A DNA stretch of 64,000 nt from contig NC_092676.1 in assembly GCF_964355755.1 (NCBI RefSeq), positions 21,904,871 to 21,968,870 of the forward strand, written 5' to 3'. Positions 39,766-53,200 of this stretch are shown here, piece by piece. Source of the DNA: Antedon mediterranea (Eukaryota; Animalia; Echinodermata). Under the pieces are notes generated by a model. That model had not been told where the DNA came from. It made no database searches and saw only the letters and a list, made by a program, of their open reading frames with translations. A program made the translations under genes and the position numbers. The number at the start of each line of letters is the position of its first letter. Position 1 is the stretch's first letter.

Positions 39766-42700
39766 TATGGCAAGCCTCAGCTGTCTGAAGTATTCAAAAT
39801 ATTATATTATTATATCATTTTTTTATTATGTTATATATTGTATTGTAATGAATTATACGTTTTGCATTATATTACTTGGTTTTAGCATTATATTATATCT
39901 ATTTCTAATATATTATGTGAAAAATGTAACAAATTATTGACTTTTTGTATTATATTTTTTGGTTTTAGCATTATATTATGAACATTTAATATTATATTAT
40001 TAATAAAATACATTATATTATAATATAATTGTATTATATTAAACGCATTTACTTTACTTTATAACATACAACATTATTATATTATACGGATTCGTTAGTT
40101 ATATTATTATTTTGTATGATGTTTATTATACGTCACGGCTTATTTCAGTTCTTCTAACTCTTTCTCTCCCTCCCCCTGTTCACTAGCAATCAGCGGCCGG
40201 CAGAATCTGAATTGTGTGACTGTTGAAGAATAACTACGTACTAGGCCTAGGCCTAGCCTAGGCCTACTAGGGGATCTAGACAAGTGACCAAGGATCACCG
40301 GACAGCTACAACTAATACTACAATACAATAATACTACTACAATAACTACTACTGCTACTACCTAGGCCTAGCTAGTGAGTAGGGGATAGGTAGCTACTAT
40401 GGCTATGTATGATGTTAACTACAAGGGCCTAGGCTAGGCCTAAGGCCCTAGAGGCCTACTAGTACTAGGCTAGGCCTAGACTTAAGTTGTAGTAGCCTAG
40501 GGCCGGGCCTGCTGCCTTAGGCTAGGCTACTACTACTACTACTACTACTAGGCAGCCCATGATGGGTACGAGTAAGCCAACATTTTGGATATATGTAAAC
40601 CAAAATTTGGGTACGAGCGTGTTGGCATGGCATGGGTACGGGTTGACCTGTATCCTTCTAGCTAATCGTACTATGCCTAGGCCTCAAGTAAGTCTACGCT
40701 ACCCAGTCCGGCTACAATATGGTCTATTTTGTTTTATAGCTTTACTGATAGCTGGGTTCAAATCTGGGTTGGGACGGCTTTTTCTCATTCTAAAACAGAT
40801 TTCCTTATCATAATAAAATAATATATGAATTTATTTGTAATATTGTAATGTATACATAATATAAGTAATTGCCATTGTCTTTATTACTAATAATTATATA
40901 TTATACGGTTACCCCTTAATTATACTATAGTATAATTTCCTTGTTATATTTTACAATATTTTCTTCCTAATTCTACAATTTTGTCTTTCACAGCACAAAT
41001 TTATCATACTGAATCATCACACACCAAGTCTCATAAATCTCTACTGTATTTGTCCAAGCTACTCCAGCTACATGGTATTGCCTTGAGGCTAAACTACACG
41101 GTATACTGGCACTACCATCATTCCTGGCTCGTCAACCTGTACCACATAAGCACAGTTTCAGTTTCAGTTTATTTACCATTTCAATTTCTGAACATAAGAG
41201 ATGAACAACTTATATGGATGGATAACCGTAAGAGCGAAGCTCGTTTACCGGTCATCCGTTAGTGCAGTGACATTACAGACAACATAAAGACAGGACAAAG
41301 GTGCAATACTTAACAAGGCATGTGAACACTTGTGTTTGCAACCCCTTGGATAAAATAATATATTTATATAAAGAAGAAAGTTAGATATTATAATATTTCT
41401 TTTTGATCATACAATGATAATTTTTAAATTACTTCTTAAGAAGTCATACTACTGATTCAAAATAGTGACTTACACCCTGTGGTCAAGGCTTTATTTGCTC
41501 TTATGCTTATTTCCTCCAACATACAGAGTACATAGGACTTTTTTTATTCATAACTGTTGAATTGTTTCCCAATACATAGTACCTATTGGTATTATATCTA
41601 AAAATACAAAGGCGGCTAACACAGATAGTTCCATATATACAGTACTCTTTTATAGATAGATGTATCTCTCCAAACTACTCCCAACTACCTAATCTAATAA
41701 TAGTACTATTAGCATACTACTATACACTTTGTAGACAAGAAATAAGTTGTATACACCTACAGGACTTATGGTAGTACAGTCGATCGCCCTCTCACTGGCC
41801 CGGTCAACATAATCTATACCTAGATTATTACAGTAATTAAAGTACATTATTACAGAGTTTTTTTTTTTTGCAGAAATCAAAGTTATGTGTATAGAAAGCA
41901 GTACTCGTATTAAAAACTAAGCAGGTTGCAGGTCTTGAACGCAAACTGGCAGGATATTTTGAATATTTTTTGTTGTTGAAATGATGGAATCCTAACTTCA
42001 ATTTCCACGAACTGGAGACGAAGACATATTGTGACCCTTTTATTTAAATTTATTTGAATAGACCTCCATGTAAAGTCATTAAAGGCTACATGATTGTTTT
42101 CTAGTTTAATATGTGATTAGGAAATAATTGTGTATAATGAGGACTATGAATCTGATATTTACTTGCATTCTTATCTTTTTAAAATATTATTTATAATGCC
42201 GGTAATGAGTTTAAAATTTAATTATATTGACTATTTTTGATAATCATCATGTCCTTATAAATTCATTTATACTTTTTTTGTGTAATATAGTTCATATTTT
42301 ATGTATTAAATAAATTGGTAAGGCCCTATACCGTTATTATTTAAGGAAAGTTTATATACACTATTATTTTATTCCTACCAATATTAGTATTAATTGTTTA
42401 TGTAAATATTTTGTCTAATTGCCTTGATTTTTGTATAGGCCAATGGCATCAATGTTTTTCTCAAAGCAAATTAGCCTAATAATGCCAAATTTAGACACAT
42501 GATTCATTGATTTCTGATATTCTGTACTTGTGTATGCATTACTAAAATAGTAGTTAATATATTTCATTTATAATGTATGTATAAACATATATTCATATTT
42601 TTTTTAACATTTTTAAATTTAAAAATTATTACAATACCTATCTACCTTTCTGATATTGTTACTATTATATATTTTTTGAGGCAGCAATAAAAAAAAATTA

Positions 42701-45700
42701 AAAAATGTATTTGACTTATACTGTACTATGTTAGTTCAGAAGATGAAGTGTGTGTGGGCAGAAACTAGTGTGTTGGAGGTTGGTGGTGTGAGGTGTATAG
42801 TTGTCACTTTAAGACCTAAATTAGATGTTTTCTGAAGAAAAGAAGTAAGCGGATACGCTTTCAAACAACTCCAAGAAGATTCACACAAAAATAATTACTT
42901 TCCAATAAAATAGTATAACAGTGTATATTACAGTACATTGAATAAACTCGAGCGGAATAATAACGCACATAAAAAACATTCATTTTCTTGTCGAAAAGTG
43001 CCCTCTCTAGTTTTCTATTAATTTATTAATAATTATTATCAATTAATGAGTAATATAAACATATTTTTAAAATTTAATGCTGGAAACTGTATCTACTCCT
43101 AACAAAGTTTCATATCTCCAAATTTCATCAACGTATTCAAACCACTTAAATAAATTACATTTAACATTACAAATTCAGGTTTTGGATATAATTTTGCTTA
43201 AAAACATATACAAAAACATCGATAAAAAATACTTTTCGTATTCAAAAACATTTGATACTTGGTATAAATGTTCAATATAGGTTGCTCCATCCATATTGCA
43301 AACAAAAAATAACTATCAAGCCATATCACTGATTTTTTAAATTTACGTTTTTACAAAATGTACACTTATGAAAGACCATACAATTCCAACTCATTTTTTT
43401 CAAGCTAATAACTATTTTGAAAAAACAATCAACAAAAAACGTTCATGAATGCAATTTTTTTCTGTGAATAGAGCAACCTATAGTGAACATTTATACCAAG
43501 TATCAAGTGTTTTTGAATACGAAAAGTATTTTTTATCGATGTTTTTTGTATATGTTTTTAAGCAAAATTCTATCCAAAACCCGAATTTTTATGTTAAATG
43601 TGATATTTAATATTGAAGTGCTTTGAATACGTTGATGAAATTTGGAGATATGAAACTTTGTTAGGAGTAGAACCAGCTTCCAGCATTGAATGTTAAAAAT
43701 ATGTTCATATTACTCATTAATTAATAATAATTATTAATAAATTATTGGAAAACTAGAGAGGGCACTTTTCGAAAAGAAAATGAATGTTTTTTTATGTGCG
43801 TTATTATTCCGCTCAAGTTTATTCAATGTACTGTAATATACACTGTTATACTACTTTATTGGAAAGTAATTATTTTTGTGTGAATCTTCTTGGAGTTGTT
43901 TGAAAGCGTATGCGCTTACTTCTTTTCTTCAGAAAACATCTAATTTAGGTCTTAAAGTGACAACTATACACCTCACACCACCAACCTCCAACACACTAGT
44001 TTCTGCCCACACACACTTCATCTTCTGAACTAACATAGTACAGTATAAATCAAATTAATTGTTCTAATTTTTTTTTTATTGCTGCCTCAAAGAATATTAT
44101 ATAATAGTAACAATATCAGAAAGGTAGATAGGTATTGTAATAATTTTTAAATTTAAAAATGTTAAAAAAAATATGAATATATGTTTATACATACATTATA
44201 AATGAAATATATTAACTACTATTTTAGTAATGCATACACAAGTACAGAATATCAGAAATCAATGAATCATGTGTCTAAATGTGGCATTATTAGGCTAATT
44301 TGCTTTGAGAAAAACATTGATGCCATTGGCCTATACAAAAAATCAAGGCAATTAGACAAAATATTTACATAAACAATTAATACTAATATTGGTAGGCATA
44401 AAATAATAGTGTATATAAACTTTCCTTAAATAGTAACAGTATAGGGCCCTACCAATTTACTTAATACATAATATATGAACTATATTACACAAAAGAAATA
44501 TAAATGAATTTATAAGGACATGATGATTATCAAAAATAGTCAATATAATTAAATTTTAAACTCATTACCGGCATTATAAATAATAATTTAAAAAGATGGG
44601 AATGCAAGTAAATATCAGATTCATAGTCCTCATTATACACAATGATTTTCTACTATCAACAATCATGTAGCCTTTAATGAGTTTACATGGAGGTCTATTC
44701 AAATAAATTTAAATAAAAGGGTTCGTGGAAATTGAAGTTAGGATTCCATCATTTCAACAACAAAAAATATTCAAAATATCCTGCCAGTTTGCGTTCAAGA
44801 CCTGCAACCTGCTTAGTTTTTAATACGAGTACTGCTTTCTATACACATAACTTTGATTTCTGCAAAAAAAAAAAACTCTGTAATAATGTACTTTAATTAC
44901 TGTAATAATCTAGGTATAGATTATGTTGACCGGGCCAGTGAGAGGGCGATCGACTGTACTACCATAAGTCCTCTAGGTGTATACAACTTATTTCTTGTCT
45001 ACAAAGTGTATAGTAGTATGCTAATAGTACTATTATTAGATTAGGTAGTTGGGAGTAGTTTGGAGAGATACATTTATTTATAAAAGAGTACTGTATATAT
45101 GGAACTATCTGTGTTAGCCGCCTTTGTATTTTTAGATATAATACCAATAGGTACTATGTATTGGGAAACAATTCAACAGTTATGAATAAAAAAAGTCCTA
45201 TGTACTCTGTATGTTGGAGGAAATAAGCATAAGAGAAAAGAAAGCCTTGACCACAGGGTGTAAGTCACTATTTTGAATCAGTAGTATGACTTCTTAAGAA
45301 GTAATTTAAAAATTATCATTGTATGATCAAAAAGAAATATTATAATATCTAACTTTCTCCATTATATAAATATATTATTTTATCCAAGGGGTTGCAAACA
45401 CGAATGTTCACATGTCTTGTTAAGTATTGCACCTTTGTCCTGTCTTTGTGTTGTCTGTAATGTCACTGCACTAACGGGTGACCGGTAAACGAGCTTCGCT
45501 CTTACGGTTATCCATCCATATAAGTTGTTCATCTCTTATGTTCAGAAATTTAAATGGTAAATAAACTGAAACTGAAACTGTGCTTATGTGGTACAGGTTG
45601 ACGAGCCAGGAATGATGGTAGTGCCAGTATACCGTGTAGTTTAGCCTCAAGGCAATACCATGTAGCTGGAGTAGCTTGGACAAATACAGTAGAGATTTAT

Positions 45701-46976
45701 GAGACTTGGTGTGTGATGATTCAATATGATAAATTTGTGCTGTGAAAGACAAAATTGTAGAATTAGGAAGAAAATATTGTAAAATATAACAAGGAAATTA
45801 TACTATAGTATAATTAAGGGGTAACCGTATAATACATAATTAATAGTAATAAAGGCAATGGCAATTACTTATATTATGTATACATTACAATATTACAAAT
45901 AAATTATATATTATTTTATTATAAGGAAATCTGTTTTAGAATGAGAGAAAGCCGTCCCAACCCAGATTTGAACCCAGCTATCAATAAAGCTATAAAACAA
46001 AATAGACCATATTGTAGCCGGACTGGGTAGCGTAGACTTACTTGAGGCCTAGGCATAGTACGATTAGCTAGAAGGATACAGGTCAACCCGTACCCATGCC
46101 ATGCCAACACGCTCGTACCCAAATTTTGGTTTACATATATCCAAAATTTTGGCTTACTCGTACCCATCATGGGCTGCCTAGTAGTAGTAGTAGTAGCCTA
46201 GCCTAGCCTAAGGCAGCAGGCCCGGCCCTAGCCTACTACAACTTAAGTCTAGGCCTAGCCTAGTACTAGTAGGCCTCTAGGCCTAGCCTAGGCCCTACCT
46301 AGTAGTAGTTAACATGGGAATCCGTTAACATCATACATACGCCCAGAGCCTAGTAGTAGCTACCTACTACTCACTAGCTAGGCCTAGGTAGTAGCAGTAG
46401 TAGTTATTGTAGTAGTATTATTGTATTGTAGTATTAGTTGTAGCTGTCCGGTGATCCTTGGTCCTTGTCTAGATCCCCTAGTTGGTCTAGGCTAGGCCTA
46501 GTACGTAGTTATTCTTCAACAGTCACACAATTCCGATTCTGCCGGCCACTGATTGCTAGTGAACAGGGGGAGGGAGAGAAAGAGTTAGAAGAACTGAAAT
46601 AAGCCGTGACGTATAATAAACATCATACAAAATAATAGTATAACTAACGAATCCGTATAATATAATAATGTTGTATGTTATAAAGTAAAGTAAATGCGTT
46701 TAATATAATACAATTATATTATAATATAATGTATTTTATTAATAATATAATATTAAATGTTCATAATATAATGCTAAAACCAAATAATATAATACAAAAC
46801 GTCAATAATTTGTTACATTTTTCACATAATATATTAGAAATAGATATAATATAATGCTAAAACCAAGTAATATAATCCAAAACGTATAATTCATTACAAT
46901 ACAATATATAATATAATAAAAAAATGATATAATAATATAATATTTTGAATACTTCAGACAGCTGAGGCTTGCCATA
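39766..46976 (+). mobile_element. Giant foldback element E3 (7211 bp), right half of the composite
   Basis: Same termini; left flank ATTATC; right flank GAATTC (46977-46982) matches the left flank of E2 (32308-32313). Confidence 0.92.
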
Positions 46977-47243
46977 GAATTCGGTGTTTTTAACGTCTAA
47001 AGGTTCCCTTTGATTTTTACGTATGGTTTGTGATTATCGCAATATAAATCCTAACTATACATTGTTATTATTAAAAGTCACATAGAATAATTAATCAAAC
47101 TATACTTGTTTGTGGTAACTTAACTTTAAGAACTTATCGGAAATAAGGGAAACAAAATCCGCTTTCCAGCAATAATATTCAAATTAGTTTGAGAAAAACG
47201 AAATCTTTTAACTACAGACACTTTATAAATATATACCGTATGT

Positions 47244-50200
47244 TATGGCAAGCCTCAGCTGTCTGAAGTATTCAAAATATTATATTATTATATCATTTTC
47301 TTATTATATTATATATTGTATTGTAATGAATTATACGTTTTGCATTATATTACTTGGTTTTAGCATTATATTATATCTACAGTATTTCTAATATATTATG
47401 TGAAAAATGTAACAAATTATTGACTTTTTGTATTATATTATTTGGTTTTAGCATTATATTATGAACATTTAATATTATATTATTAATAAAATACATTATA
47501 TTATAATATAATTGTATTATATTAAACGCATTTACTTTACTTTATAACATACAACATTATTATATTATACGGATTCGTTAGTTATATTATTATTTTGTAT
47601 GATGTTTATTATACGTCACGGCTTATTTCAGTTCTTCTAACTCTTTCTCTCCCTCCCCCTGTTCACTAGCAATCAGCGGCCGGCAGAATCTGAATTGTGT
47701 GACTGTTGAAGAATAACTACGTACTAGGCCTAGCCTAGGATCACCGGACAGCTACAACTAATACTACAATACAATAATACTACTACAATAACTACTACTG
47801 CTACTACCTAGGCCTAGCTAGAGTGAGTAGTAGGTAGCTACTACTAGGCTCTAGGGCGTATGTATGATGTTAACTACTAGGGCCTAGGCTAGGCCTAGAG
47901 GCCTACTAGTACTAGGCTAGGCCTAGACTTAAGTTGTAGTAGGCTAGGGCCGGGCCTGCTGCCTTAGGTTAGGCTACTACTACTACTACTACTAGGCAGC
48001 CCATGATGGGTACGAGTAAGCCAAAATTTTGGATATATGTAAACCAAAATTTGGGTACGAGCGTGTTGGCATGGCATGGGTACGGGTTGACCTGTATCCT
48101 TCTAGCTAATCGTACTATGCCTAGGACTCAAGTAAGTCTACGCTACCCAGTCCGGCTACAATATGGTCTATTTTGTTTTATAGCTTTATTGATAGCTGGG
48201 TTCAAATCTGGGTTGGGACGGTTTTTTCTCATTCTAAAATAGATTTCCTTATCATAATAAAATAATATATGAATTTATTTGTAATATTGTAATGTATACA
48301 TAATAAAGTAATTGCCATTGCCTTTATTAGTAATTACTATTAATTATGTATTATACGGTTACCCCTTAATTATACTATAGTATAATTTCCTTGTTATATT
48401 TTACAATATTTCCTTCCTAATTCTACAATTTTGTCTTTCACAGCACAAATTTATCATACTGAATCATCACACACCAAGTCTCATAAATCTCTACTGTATT
48501 TGTCCAAGCTACTCCAGCTACATGGTATTGCCTTGAGGCTAAACTACACGGTATACTGGCACTACCATCATTCCTGGCTCGTCAACCTGTACCACATAAG
48601 CACAGTTTCAGTTTGAGTTTATTTACCATTTCAATTTCTGAACATAAGAGATGAACAACTTATATGGATGGATAACCGTAAGAGCGAAGCTCGTTTACCG
48701 GTCACCCGTTAGTGCAGTGACATTACAGACAACATAAAGACAGGACAAAGGTGCAATACATAACAGGACATGTGAACACTTGTGTTTGCAACCCTTTGGA
48801 TAAAATAATATATTTATATAATGGAGAAAGTTAGATATTATAATATTTCTTTTTGATCATACAATGATAATTTTTAAATTACTTCTTAAGAAGTCATACT
48901 ACTGATTCAAAATAGTGACTTACACCCTGTGGTCAACGCTTTCTTTGCTCTTATGCTTATTTCCTCCAACATACAGAGTACATAGGACTTTTTTTATTCA
49001 TAACTGTTGAATTGTTTCCCAATACATAGTACCTATGGGTATTATATCTAAAAATACAAAGGCGGCTAACACAGATAGTTCCATATATACAGTACTCTTT
49101 TATAAATAAATGTATCTCTCCAAACTACTCCCAACTACCTAATCTAATAATAGTACTATTAGCATACTACTATACACTTTGTAGACAAGAAATAAGTTGT
49201 ATACACTAGAGGACTTATGGTAGTACAGTCGATCGCCCTCTCACTGGCCCGGTCAACATAATCTATACCTAGATTATTACAGTAATTAAAGTACATTATT
49301 ACAGAGTTTTTTTTTTTTTTTGCAGAAATCAAAGTTATGTGTATAGAAAGCAGTACTCGTATTAAAAACTAAGCAGGTTGCAGGTCTTGAACGCAAACTG
49401 GCAGGATATTTTGAATATTTTTGTTGTTGAAATGATGGAATCCTAACTTCAATTTCCACGAACCCTTTTATTTAAATTTATTTGAATAGACCTCCATGTA
49501 AACTCATTAAAGGCTACATGATTGTTTTATATTTTAATATGTGATAGTAGAAAATCATTGTGTATAATGAGGACTGTGAATCTGATATTTACTTGCATTC
49601 TCATCTTTTTAAATTATTATTTATAATGCCGGTAATGAGTTTAAAATTTAATTATTGACTATTTTTGATAATCATCATGTCCTTATAAATTCATTTATAT
49701 TTCTTTTGTGTAATATAGTTCATATATTATGTATTAAGTAAATTGGTAAGGCCCTATACTGTTACTATTTAAGGAAAGTTTATATACACTATTATTTTAT
49801 GCCTACCAATATTAGTATTTATTGTTTATGTAAATATTTTGTCTAATTGCCTTGATTTTTTGTATTGGCCAATGGCATCAATGTTTTTCTCAAAGCAAAT
49901 TAGCCTAATAATGCCACATTTAGACACATGATTCATTGATTTCTTATATTCTGTACTTGTGTATGCATTACTAAAATAGTAGTTAATATATTTCATTTAT
50001 AATGTATGTATAAACATATATTCATATTTTTTTAAACATTTTTAAATTTAAAAATTATTACAATACCTATCTACCTTTCTGATATTGTTACTATTATATA
50101 ATATTCTTTGAGGCAGCAATAAAAAAAAAATTAGAACAATTAATTTGAGTTATACTGTACTATGTTAGTTCAGGAGATGAAGTGTGTGTGGGCAGAAACT

Positions 50201-53200
50201 AGTGTGTTGGAGGTTGGTGGTGTGAGGTGTATAGTTGTCACTTTAAGACCTAAATTAGATGTTTTCTGAAGAAAAGAAGTAAGCGCATACGCTTTCAAAC
50301 AACTCCAAGAAGATTCACACAAAAATAATTACTTTCCAATAAAGTAGTATAACAGTGTATATTACAGTACATTGAATAAACTCGAGCGGAATAATAACGC
50401 ACATAAAAAAACATTCATTTTCTTTTCGAAAAGTGCCCTCTCTAGTTTTCTATTAATTTATTAATAATTATTATTAATTAATGAGTAATATGAACATATT
50501 TTTAAAATTCAATGCTGGAAGCTGGTTCTACTCCTAACAAAGTTTCATATCTCCAAATTTCATCAACGTATTCAAAGCACTTCAATATTAAATATCACAT
50601 TTAACATAAAAATTCGGGTTTTGGATAGAATTTTGCTTAAAAACATATACAAAAAACATCGATAAAAAATACTTTTCGTATTCAAAAACATTTGATACTT
50701 GGTACAAATGTTCACTATAGGTTGCTCTATTCACAGAAAAAAATTGCATTCAAGAACGTTTTTTGTTGGTCGTTTTTTCAAAATAGTTATTAGCTTGTAA
50801 AAAATGAGTTGGAATTGTATGGTCTTTCATAAGTGTACATTTTGTAAAAACGTAAATTTAAAAAATCAGTGATATGGCTTGATAGTTATTTTTTGTTTGC
50901 AATATGGATGGAGCAACCTATATTGAACATTTATACCAAATATCAAATGTTTTTGAATACGAAAAGTATTTTTTATCGATGTTTTTTGTATATGTTTTTA
51001 AGCAAAATTATATCCAAAACCTGAATTTGTAATGTTAAATGTAATTTATTTAAGTGCTTTGAATACGTTGATGAAATTTGGAGATATGAAACTTTGTTAG
51101 GAGTAGATACAGTTTCCAGCATTAAATTTTAAAAATATGTTTATTTTACTCATTAATTGATAATAATTATTAATAAATTAATAGAAAACTAGAGAGGGCA
51201 CTTTTCGACAAGAAAATGAATGTTTTTTATTTGCGTTATTATTCCGCTCGAGTTTATTCAATGTACTGTAATATACACTGTTACACTATTTTATTGGAAA
51301 GTAATTATTTTGGTGTGAATCTTCTTGGAGTTGTTTGAAAGCGTATCCGCTTACTTCTTTTCTTCAGAAAACATCTAATTTAGGTCTTAAAGTGACAACT
51401 ATACACCTCACACTAGTTTCTGCCCACACACACTTCATCTCCTGAACTAACATAGTACAGTATAAGTCAAATAAATTTTTTAATTTTTTTTTATTGCTGC
51501 CTCAAAAAATATTATATAATAGTAACAATATCAGAAAGGTAGATAGGTATTGTAATAATTTTTAAATTTAAAAATGTTAAAAAAAAATATGAATATATGT
51601 TTATACATACATTATAAATGAAATATATTAACTACTATTTTAGTAATGCATACACAAGTACAGAATATCAGAAATCAATGAATCATGTGTCTAAATGTGG
51701 CATTATTAGGCTAATTTGCTTTGAGAAAAACATTGATACCATTGGCCTATACAAAAATCAAGGGAATTAGACAAAATATTTACATAAACAATTAATACTA
51801 ATATTGGTAGGCATAAAATAATAGTGTATATAAACTTTCCTTAAATAATAACAGTATAGGGCCTTACCAATTTATTTAATACATAATATATGAACTATAT
51901 TACACAAAAAAAGTATAAATGAATTTATAAGGACATGATGATTATCAAAAATAGTCAATATAATTAACTTTTAAACTCATTACCGGCATTATAAATAATA
52001 TTTAAAAAAGATAAGAATGCAAGTAAATATCAGATTCATAGTCCTCATTATACACAATGATTTCCTACTATCACATATTAAAATATAAAACAATCATGTA
52101 GCCTTTAATGACTTTACATGGAGGTCTATTCAAATAAATTTAAATAAAAGGGTCATAATATGTCTTCGTCTCCAGTTCGTGGAAATTGAAGTTAGGATTC
52201 CATCATTTCAACAACAAAAAATATTCAAAATATCCTGCCAGTTTGCATTCAAGACCTGCAACCTGCTTAGTTTTTAATACGAGTACTGCTTTCTATACAC
52301 ATAACTTTGATTTCTGCAACAAAAAAAAACTCTGTAATAATGTACTTTAATTACTGTAATAATCTAGGTATAGATTATGTTGACCGGGCCAGTGAGAGGG
52401 CGATCGACTGTACTACCATAAGTCCTGTAGGTGTATACAACTTATTTCTTGTCTACAAAGTGTATAGTAGTATGCTAATAGTACTATTATTAGATTAGGT
52501 AGTTGGGAGCAGTTTGGAGAGATACATCTATCTATAAAAGAGTACTGTATATATGGAACTATCTGTGTTAGCCACCTTTGTATTTTTAGATATAATACCA
52601 ATAGGTACTATGTATTGGGAAACAATTCAACAGTTATGAATAAAAAAAGTCCTATGTACTCTGTATGTTGGAGGAAATAAGCATAAGAGCAAATAAAGCC
52701 TTGACCACAGGGTGTAAGTCACTATTTTGAATCAGTAGTATGACTTCTTAAGAAGTAATTTAAAAATTATCATTGTTTGATCAAAAAGAAATATTATAAT
52801 ATCTAACTTTCTCCTTTATATAAATATATTATTTTATCCAAGGGGTTGCAAACACAAGTGTTCACATGTCCTGTTATGTATTGCACCTTTGTCCTGTCTT
52901 TATGTTGTCTGTAATGTCACTGTACTAACGGGTGACCGGTAAACGAGCTTCGCTCTTACGGTTATCCATCCATATAAGTTGTTCATCTCTTATGTTCAGA
53001 AATTGAAATGGTAAATAAACTCAAACTGAAACTGTGCTTATGTGGTACAGGTTGACGAGCCAGGAATGATGGTAGTGCCAGTATACCGTGTAGTTTAGCC
53101 TCAAGGCAATACCATGTAGCTGGAGTAGCTTGGACAAATACAGTAGAGATTTATGAGACTTGGTGTGTGATGATTCAGTATGATAAATTTGTGCTGTGAA

